A stretch of 17,341 nucleotides of DNA. Origin: Fidelibacterota bacterium. GTDB lineage: Bacteria; Fidelibacterota; JAANXI01. The stretch lies in contig JAANXI010000075.1 in the NCBI GenBank assembly GCA_018263365.1, positions 1 through 17,341 on the forward strand, given 5' to 3'. The notes beneath the pieces are model-generated. The model made no database searches. It worked only from the letters and a program-made list of their open reading frames with translations, and had not been told where the DNA came from. The translations under genes were made by a program, and so were the position numbers. Positions 1-7,503 of this stretch are shown in pieces; within the stretch, counting starts at the first letter, position 1; the number at the start of each line of letters is the position of its first letter.

Positions 1-128
1 TCTGTTGAGCGCGAAGGCTCCGTGAAATCCTCGACAGACCCTCCGGGTATGCCTTCGGTTTCCCAAAACCCTTTTCATCTCAACATCTTGGCACATCTCA
101 TCCACAACAATCGCTCAATTTAGGTGGA

Positions 129-152
129 AGTAAGATTAGGAGTAAGATTAAG
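129..152. repeat. 12-nt tandem direct repeat, two copies (AGTAAGATTAGG, AGTAAGATTAAG)
   Basis: Read directly: AGTAAGATTA at 129-138 and again at 141-150, each followed by a 2-nt spacer (GG, AG). It lies in non-coding DNA downstream of the - strand FemAB-like gene. Confidence 0.6.
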
Positions 153-162
153 ATACTACAAC

Positions 163-186
163 TTGAACACCCGAACACTTCAACAC
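163..186. repeat. 8-nt tandem repeat, three copies (TTGAACAC, CCGAACAC, TTCAACAC)
   Basis: Read directly: GAACAC at 165-170 and 173-178, CAACAC at 181-186, period 8. It abuts the stop codon (186-188, TAG on the - strand) of the FemAB-like gene. Confidence 0.5.
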
Positions 187-1154
187 TAAAGTACTTTGAT
201 AAACGTATCCCGGAACACACCGCTGGCTCCGAAGCTTTCCTTAAAGCGGCCCAGTCCGAAATTCGGTTCTTCGTTGACGGTGAAAATTCCGAAATCCAGG
301 TAGCGGAAATGTTGGTCAATAGCCCAGCGGATGATCTCGTAAAAGAGCAGGTTCACAGCGCGGTATTCCTGGTACTCCTCGTCGTGGCTGATGTAGAACG
401 CCAGCACCACATCCCGGTTGCAGATGAAGTTCACTACGCCTGCGATCATTTTCTCATCCAAATATGCGCCGAACAGGTTGATCTTATCGGGAAAAATTTG
501 AGAGAGGTTGATGAGTTCATCCAATGTATGCGTCGGCTGCACGTCGTGGCGAATCTTCAGATTCTTTTTCAGGATGTCGTAAAAGTCCGGGTATTCTTCG
601 GTCTGACGGACGATGACGCCCTCTTTCTTCGCTTTACGATAACTGCGCCGGGTGGAGGATCGAAATTTTCCAAGATTACCTTCGATGGAGGATTCCAGCG
701 TTAACATGCTGGATATCTCGCGTTTGAGATAATCGAAGCCGTGCTTGTACAGCGCAAAATCCAGATAATTTGTGATCCGCCGGTTGTAGATATACGGCGG
801 ATGGGTCATCACGATTCGCTCAACGTCTGTTTCTTCGGCTTCCCTGAGCAGCTCTTCCACCATGTTATAGGCGTCCCTGATTCTGATATCTTCCTGGTAG
901 ACAAAGCCGCCGTAGGAGGCGCCGCGGTGACTAAACAGTGTTGATTTCCCGTCGTAATCGATCCGGACCGCCGGAAACAGTGCATACGGTTTATCCTTTT
1001 TCAGGATCACATACGACTGATCGCGAAATCGATCGTTGGGATGGTAGGAGAGAAATTGGCGGGTGTGAAAAATGGTCCCGTTATTGGCGGACCAGACGAA
1101 CTCGTCCCACTCTTCGTCGTTTAGTGATTTTCCGGGAGCAAATTCTATAGCCAT
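186..1154 (-). CDS. FemAB-like / BioF2-like GNAT acyltransferase (putative aminoacyl- or peptidyl-transferase acting on cell-wall precursors)
   Basis: The 335-aa track ORF begins at a TTG (1193). The first ATG (1154) gives MAIEFAPGKSLNDEEWDEFV..., a typical N-terminus for this family. The C-terminal half (SSTRRSYRKAKKEGVIVRQTEE...FYDILKKNL...LFGAYLDEKMIAGVVNF...AFYISHDEEYQEYRAVNLLFYEIIRWAIDQHFRYLDFG) matches the FemAB / Acetyltransf_6 pattern from memory. No SD is seen for either start. Confidence 0.72.
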   Translation of the reverse strand: MAIEFAPGKSLNDEEWDEFVWSANNGTIFHTRQFLSYHPNDRFRDQSYVILKKDKPYALFPAVRIDYDGKSTLFSHRGASYGGFVYQEDIRIRDAYNMVEELLREAEETDVERIVMTHPPYIYNRRITNYLDFALYKHGFDYLKREISSMLTLESSIEGNLGKFRSSTRRSYRKAKKEGVIVRQTEEYPDFYDILKKNLKIRHDVQPTHTLDELINLSQIFPDKINLFGAYLDEKMIAGVVNFICNRDVVLAFYISHDEEYQEYRAVNLLFYEIIRWAIDQHFRYLDFGIFTVNEEPNFGLGRFKESFGASGVFRDTFIKVL

Positions 1155-1200
1155 AACTGCGCCAAAATTACTGGACGCAAGCGAGTGAAGCAACTGTTAG

Positions 1201-2580
<1,380 letters not shown>

Positions 2581-2585
2581 AACCT

Positions 2586-2972
2586 ATGTGGCCATTCTCC
2601 GGAGATAAAAAGAAAAAACGTAAGAAGCGTAAGAAAAAAGCAAAGCGCGCCCGTCGCACCGGCAACGGGCGCGCCAAGGCCTTTCTCTGGTGGCTGGTCG
2701 GTCTGTGTACCGCGCTTGTCTTCATTATGGTTTTCGTTCTGAGCGATCACGGGTTGTATGAACTCTGGCAGCTGAAAAAGGAACAAAAACTCATTGAACA
2801 ACATATCGAAGAGCTGCAGGAAGAGAATGCGGAATTAGCCGCCGAACGGGATCGCCTGAAGGAGGACAAGGAGTATATCGAAAAGCTGGCCCGAGAGCGT
2901 TATCGGATGGCAAAAGAGGGCGAAAAAGTATTCCGGGTCATTCCCAAATCCAATCAGGACACCTCGCAGTAG
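2586..2972 (+). CDS. ftsB: Septum formation initiator, FtsB/DivIC family, with a polybasic N-terminal tail
   Basis: 128 aa. It has a basic tail (DKKKKRKKRKKKAKRARR), a single TM helix (FLWWLVGLCTALVFIMVFVL), a coiled coil (LWQLKKEQKLIEQHIEELQEENAELAAERDRLKED), and the family-typical YIEKLARERYRMAKEGEKVF. It starts 5 nt after the eno stop. The eno-ftsB/divIC arrangement is a widely conserved synteny. Confidence 0.8.
   Translation: MWPFSGDKKKKRKKRKKKAKRARRTGNGRAKAFLWWLVGLCTALVFIMVFVLSDHGLYELWQLKKEQKLIEQHIEELQEENAELAAERDRLKEDKEYIEKLARERYRMAKEGEKVFRVIPKSNQDTSQ
2645..2674 (+). other. GC-rich 10-bp perfect inverted repeat (strong hairpin) inside the ftsB coding sequence
   Basis: GCGCGCCCGT (2645-2654) and ACGGGCGCGC (2665-2674) are exact reverse complements. 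After one C/A mismatch, two more inner pairs (2656-2657 with 2662-2663) close an ACCG tetraloop. There is no adjacent U-tract. Confidence 0.6.
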
Positions 2973-3060
2973 TTTCAATTTCCTTTTTATTCCGTATCCT
3001 GCTACATTTGTGTACTAACGGATTCAAATTACCCCGCAAACCAAGGGCTATAGAGGTATT

Positions 3061-4899
3061 GTGAAAGCCTTCCGCATCATTATTGTCGTTCCGGTGTTCA
3101 TGTGGGGAGCTTTAATTTTTGGACAGGCCGCCACCTCCGATTCCACTCTCTTTCGATTTCAGCAGCAAAACTCAACCTATCGGTGGTCGAATATCTTTCA
3201 GTATTCAGGCAGGATCAGCCAGCTTTCGTATGATGTCAGCAATTCGTTTATTAGCACGATGACGGAAGTACAGAGCGCGCAGAAGCAGTGGAAGGACGAC
3301 CAGCAATTCCGAGGACGATTATACGGTCCGATGCCCGGCAAATGGTTGTGGGAGCTCCAGGGGAACCTCCAGTGGTATAATGATGAGCAGTCGGGATATT
3401 TCAACGATTCCCGAATCGGGGCGGCTGCGCTGGGAATCAGGCGTGAGGCGCGGGCATTGAATTTTGGGGTTTCCAGCGGATACAAGCAGGATATTCGCCG
3501 GCAGTTTGTCGATACCGGTCCGACCCTTGCTGGAGAGCTCTCCCTGAACCGGGCGAATTGGGCGGGATACAAAACCTCCGGGATGCTGCAACTCCGTGGA
3601 GAGAACCTTGATACCCGGCAGAACCGGACGTATGTAACGCGATGGCTGGTTTCCAAGGAATTCGCCCCTGGCGTCAGTGATCACTTGTCAGTGAATGTCA
3701 GCCAGCGGAAACGCTCGTATTATCTGGCGTCCGGAATAGTTGAGGAGCGCAGTGAAACCCGGCAGCACCTGGAAAACCAGCTGCGGTATCGCGTATTTGA
3801 TCCGTTTTCAGTCCGGCTGAGTACTGAGTATTCCAGAGATCAAACGGCAATCGAGACGCCGTTTGTCGGATCAGCAGCGGTGCAGCAGAAGGACCGGGCA
3901 AACTACAATCTCCGGAATTCGCTGGGAATGTTTTTGGATACCGGACCGTTTCGGAATGAAATGTATATCCGGTATGAAGTGCAGCAAAACCTGTATAGGA
4001 CGGATGTCCGGGATACCGTTGTGGCTCCGTCGCAATTACGGAGACAAACTCCGCCCAACGACAACAGTAATACCCTGCAACTTGAAGGGAAGTCGCGTCT
4101 CGGAATCGGTTATCAGGATTCGCTTCAATTCACAGCATTGGCCATGCGGATGCAATACAATACGCCTGATTCCACTAATTACGACGACCGGGATGAAGTT
4201 CGCTATCGATATGGACTGGAATATATCCATCTATTTGCACCGGGATTCCGGTGGCGAACCGGCGGGGAAGTGTTGCTCAGTCATTATGCCTACCTGTACA
4301 GTCAGCGAAGTGCGGAAAATTACTGGAACCGGGTGTACCGCCTGTTTTCAGGCGTCCACTGGAAAAGACATCGCTGGGAATGGCATACGTCGGCTGAAGT
4401 CCTCGCCAATTATTACGATTACGAGTATGATGACCTGTTGCAGCAGGTGCGGAGTATTGCCTTCCGGCACATGGTATATCGCCAGCAGATTTACCATCCG
4501 CTTGGTCAGCGATGGCAGGGTCAATTCCGGTTCGATTTGCAACTGGAGGATCAGGGCAGACTGGATTGGACGGCATTCGTGGAAGAACTGATTCTGGAGC
4601 GTGAAATTGGTGAGATCGAATACAAAATACTGGTACCGATCGGTCAGACGCTGTCAGGTAACCTGGGCTATCGCTATCAGCGGCGGATTGATTGGCGTAT
4701 TAAGGAAGGCAAAAAATTTACGGCAGAGCGTATTTATACTCAGGGGCCGGTTTTTCAGGTCCGGTATCGCTCCCATAAACTCCCGGTGATCGTGTGGGAA
4801 GGGACGTTAATGGACGTCACTCAGGTAGATGTCCAACAGAGCAATACTACAAAATACCCTATTTCGCATTTACGTCTGCAGGCGTTTTGGCGCTGGTAA
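3061..4899 (+). CDS. Uncharacterised predicted outer-membrane beta-barrel protein (612 aa)
   Basis: GTG start, with GAGG 4 nt upstream. Signal peptide: MKAFRIIIVVPVFMWGALIFGQA/A. The sequence is rich in Y, W, R and Q with alternating hydrophobic patterns throughout. The C-terminus LRLQAFWRW ends in an aromatic residue with alternating hydrophobic positions, as in a BAM beta-signal. I recognise no family. Confidence 0.7.
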   Translation: MKAFRIIIVVPVFMWGALIFGQAATSDSTLFRFQQQNSTYRWSNIFQYSGRISQLSYDVSNSFISTMTEVQSAQKQWKDDQQFRGRLYGPMPGKWLWELQGNLQWYNDEQSGYFNDSRIGAAALGIRREARALNFGVSSGYKQDIRRQFVDTGPTLAGELSLNRANWAGYKTSGMLQLRGENLDTRQNRTYVTRWLVSKEFAPGVSDHLSVNVSQRKRSYYLASGIVEERSETRQHLENQLRYRVFDPFSVRLSTEYSRDQTAIETPFVGSAAVQQKDRANYNLRNSLGMFLDTGPFRNEMYIRYEVQQNLYRTDVRDTVVAPSQLRRQTPPNDNSNTLQLEGKSRLGIGYQDSLQFTALAMRMQYNTPDSTNYDDRDEVRYRYGLEYIHLFAPGFRWRTGGEVLLSHYAYLYSQRSAENYWNRVYRLFSGVHWKRHRWEWHTSAEVLANYYDYEYDDLLQQVRSIAFRHMVYRQQIYHPLGQRWQGQFRFDLQLEDQGRLDWTAFVEELILEREIGEIEYKILVPIGQTLSGNLGYRYQRRIDWRIKEGKKFTAERIYTQGPVFQVRYRSHKLPVIVWEGTLMDVTQVDVQQSNTTKYPISHLRLQAFWRW

Positions 4900-5061
4900 T
4901 TCTTCAAACGGGTCAATTTCGTATTGCAGTCTTTGGAAAAATAATTTACTATTACACATCGCTTCCGAACCGTTTTGCAATAACTGGTAGCCAAGTAGGG
5001 GCGGAAAAGTCACTATTATAATTCGCACTGAAACTGCTGAACCGAAATTGGAAGAGCGCGT

Positions 5062-5910
5062 ATGGATTTAGCCACTCTTTTTGGGTTGCTGGCTGGCGCC
5101 GGCCTGATAGTCACCGCAATTATTACCGCCGGGAACGCCGGCAGTCTCGCAGAATTCGTTCACCGCGAATCACTGATGATTGTGTTTGGTGGTACGATAG
5201 CGGCGACCCTCATTAACTATCCGCTGAAAGCGGTCATCGGGGTGTTTGGGGTGGTGAAAAACGCCTTTACCCGGCAACAGTCCGAATACCCGGAAGTCAT
5301 TTCCTATTTTGAGGAAGTATCGCGCAAGGTGTATGAGAAGGGATTGATCTCAATGGAAGAAGACCTCGATTCCATCGATGATCATTTTCTCCGGAACGGA
5401 TTGGCGCTGGCAATCAACGAGCGCAATCCCGACAATCTGCGGAATTATCTGGAACTGGAACTGAATAATATTCACCGGCGACATCGCCAGGGTGCGGAGA
5501 TCTTCTTCTATATGGGGCAGTATTCTCCTGCGTTTGGTATGCTGGGGACAATTATCGGGCTTATTATCATGATGAAAACCCAGATTTCCATGCCGGATGC
5601 CCAGGGTGCGCTCTCGGTGGCCTCGAATTTCAACTTGCAGCAGCAGTTCACCAATTTGTTGAACGGTATGGGATTGGCGCTTATCACAACCTTTTGGGGG
5701 GTGCTGCTGGCGAACCTGATCTTTTTACCCATCGGCGGAAAATTACAGCGCCGGTCGGAAGATGAGTTGATGATGAAGGAAATCATGATCGAGGGGATTA
5801 TGTGCCTTCATGCCAAGGATCATCCGCTGGTCGTTAAGGATAAGTTGCAGACGTTTATCCCGCAGCGGGAACGGGAACTCCTGGATAGCAATTCTTCCGG
5901 TAATCGATAA
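5062..5910 (+). CDS. motA: MotA/PomA-type stator protein (MotA/TolQ/ExbB proton-channel family)
   Basis: 282 aa. It aligns along its length with remembered B. subtilis and E. coli MotA. Features seen: two N-terminal TM helices, a cytoplasmic loop (EEVSRKVYEKGLISMEEDLDSIDDHFLRNGLALAI), a TM3 Pro (YSPAFGMLGTIIG), a TM4 Pro (NLIFLPIGGKLQRRS), and a C-terminal EIMIEGIMCL. It is longer than TolQ/ExbB and has 4 TM helices. Confidence 0.9.
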   Translation: MDLATLFGLLAGAGLIVTAIITAGNAGSLAEFVHRESLMIVFGGTIAATLINYPLKAVIGVFGVVKNAFTRQQSEYPEVISYFEEVSRKVYEKGLISMEEDLDSIDDHFLRNGLALAINERNPDNLRNYLELELNNIHRRHRQGAEIFFYMGQYSPAFGMLGTIIGLIIMMKTQISMPDAQGALSVASNFNLQQQFTNLLNGMGLALITTFWGVLLANLIFLPIGGKLQRRSEDELMMKEIMIEGIMCLHAKDHPLVVKDKLQTFIPQRERELLDSNSSGNR

Positions 5911-5929
5911 CTAACAGACATCAGTATTC

Positions 5930-6679
5930 ATGAGCTGGACGAGCGCAAACGGAAATAAAAACGGTAACGGCCATACCTCTGGCCGAAAGGCATCGCGCAA
6001 TGCCTGGCTGATCACCTACGCCGATATGGTGACGGTGCTCCTGACCTTCTTCGTGATGATTTTTATCTACATGAAAGAGGCGGAGAACAGCATCGATCGG
6101 TGGATCAACCATTTATTGAACCAAACCTATACCGAACTCACCCATTATGTGAATGAAAACAGTATCGAGGGCATTGAGGTTGATCGGGTTACCAAAGGAA
6201 TCCGAATCATATTGTCCAGCGGCGTGGTATTTGCCCCCGGATTTGCTGATTTGAAATCGAACGCGCTCCCCGTTCTTTCCGAAGTGGGGGCATTAATTAA
6301 CAATTCCACATTAGTGCATATCGAAGAAAATCCCGAATACGCAGAAATTTTTAGAAATTTGAGAAAACAGGGACGCGATTTAAAAGTCGATATTCGCGTC
6401 GAAGGCCATACCGACAGTGATCCGTATTATGGCCGCGAGTTTGAATCCAACTGGGAGCTTTCTGCAGCCAGAGCGTTGGCGGTTGTGAAATACATGACCG
6501 CCAGCACCGGGCTCGAGGAACAGAAATTCTCCGCACTTGGGTATGGAGAGTATCGCCCCATTGTGCCGAACACCAGTGAATCCAACAAGCAGCGTAATCG
6601 CCGCGTGGAGATCTATCTGGATGCGAATCTGGTGGCGACCAATGGTGTTAGTACTAGGACAGCCGATCGCCTTAACTAA
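5930..6679 (+). CDS. motB: MotB-type stator protein with an OmpA-like peptidoglycan-binding domain
   Basis: 249 aa, starting 19 nt after motA. It has the channel motif AWLITYADMVTVLLTFFVMIF with the conserved Asp. The OmpA-like domain is present: VFAPGFADL...VEGHTDSDP...SNWELSAARALAVVKYM...LGYGEYRPI...NRRVEIYL. Confidence 0.9.
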   Translation: MSWTSANGNKNGNGHTSGRKASRNAWLITYADMVTVLLTFFVMIFIYMKEAENSIDRWINHLLNQTYTELTHYVNENSIEGIEVDRVTKGIRIILSSGVVFAPGFADLKSNALPVLSEVGALINNSTLVHIEENPEYAEIFRNLRKQGRDLKVDIRVEGHTDSDPYYGREFESNWELSAARALAVVKYMTASTGLEEQKFSALGYGEYRPIVPNTSESNKQRNRRVEIYLDANLVATNGVSTRTADRLN

Positions 6680-6693
6680 ACGAGACTGACAAT

Positions 6694-7503
6694 ATGTGTT
6701 TCATCCGCCGGGGAGTGATCCTCTTGTGTGTGTCCATATTCTGTATGGCAGACATTGGCTATTCTGCGTTCGAGCGCCAACGGATTCAGGCGCTGCCCTG
6801 GAATACCAATGATTTGAGTCTCGTCAGCGCCCTCGCAAATAACCCGGGTCGACTGCAAAATATGGACAGAGCTGTCGTCGCCTCCGGATATACCAGGATT
6901 TTTAATCAGAAGGCCCTGCAGTCGGGGTACCTGTACTCTGCCCTTCCGTTATCTTTTGGAACTGTAGGTCTTGGTGTGGATTTTTTCGGAAATCAGGAGT
7001 ATGCGGAATCACAGTATATGGCCGGAATTGCCCGCCAATGGAACGAGAACGGTGCCTTTGGACTGCTGATCAGAGCATTCTCTCTCGATATCTCCAATTA
7101 CGGTAACGCAAACTCTCTTGCCATAGATGCCGGAACGAGCTGGCGCATCACAGAATCTCTCCAGTGGGAACTGGGCTACGGAAATCTCACTCAATCCACA
7201 ATCGGCCGTTCAAAAGAACCGTTACCCCAGCAAATTTTTTCCGCTGTGGAGTACAGTCCGAAAGATTATCTGTCGACCCGGTTGTCGGTCGTCCATGATC
7301 TCCGCTATCCGGTGCGTTACAGAGCCGGAGTCGGTTACGCACCGTTCACCTGGATCGAATTCGCAGCGCTCCTGAGTACCGAACCTGTCCGGGCGCAGAT
7401 TGGAACAACTATCACCTGGAAGATGATTCATGTCCAATACACGGCGACAATACATTCGGTGCTGCCTGTTACCCATCGTTTTGGTCTGCTGTTTGGTTTC
7501 TGA
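6694..7503 (+). CDS. Uncharacterised small predicted outer-membrane beta-barrel protein (269 aa)
   Basis: It starts 14 nt after motB. Signal peptide: MCFIRRGVILLCVSIFCMA/D. Amphipathic strand-like segments are present (GTVGLGVDFF, AFGLLIRAFSLDIS, SLAIDAGTSWRI, LQWELGYGN, YRAGVGYAP). The C-terminus HRFGLLFGF is a canonical beta-signal. I cannot assign a family; similarity to PorP/SprF, PorQ or GltA/B cannot be judged by eye. Confidence 0.65.
   Translation: MCFIRRGVILLCVSIFCMADIGYSAFERQRIQALPWNTNDLSLVSALANNPGRLQNMDRAVVASGYTRIFNQKALQSGYLYSALPLSFGTVGLGVDFFGNQEYAESQYMAGIARQWNENGAFGLLIRAFSLDISNYGNANSLAIDAGTSWRITESLQWELGYGNLTQSTIGRSKEPLPQQIFSAVEYSPKDYLSTRLSVVHDLRYPVRYRAGVGYAPFTWIEFAALLSTEPVRAQIGTTITWKMIHVQYTATIHSVLPVTHRFGLLFGF

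Noticed and set aside
1-70. Possible 3' end of RNase P RNA (CGACAGACCCTCCGGGTATGCCTTCGGTTTCCC against the E. coli M1 3' end CGACAGAACCCGGCTTATCGGTCAGTTTCACC)
   Set aside because: The nearly invariant bacterial P4 strand ACAGAAnCCGGCTTA is not reproduced; this window has ACAGACCCTCCGGGTAT. The resemblance is probably chance. Only cmscan on upstream-extended sequence could settle it.
3003-3010. Bacteroidetes-type -7 promoter motif TAnnTTTG (TACATTTG) upstream of the 612-aa barrel gene
   Set aside because: There is no matching -33 TTTG at the expected spacing. The window otherwise shows sigma70-type -35/-10 boxes and strong SD sites, which argues against a Bacteroidetes-style expression system.
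3863-4591. 242-aa ORF in the +1 frame inside the 612-aa barrel gene
   Set aside because: Its composition (rich in Cys, Arg and Trp) is unlike real proteins. The frame-1 product has a coherent signal peptide, strand pattern and beta-signal. I see no evidence for dual coding.
4900-5061. Flagellar sigma28 or sigma54 promoter upstream of motA
   Set aside because: I checked for TAAA-N15-GCCGATAA and for GG-N10-GC. I found only a weak 5-of-8 match (GCCAAGTA) with no -35 element, and no sigma54 spacing. A TATAAT at 5017-5022 lacks a credible -35. No promoter call is supportable.
5062-6679. The MotA/MotB-like pair as a Zorya-type (ZorAB) anti-phage defence system
   Set aside because: This MotA is 282 aa, with no long C-terminal coiled-coil tail like that of ZorA. 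No ZorC, ZorD or ZorE-like genes (helicase, nuclease) follow it. The neighbours are OM barrels and cell-wall enzymes in a core-genome context.
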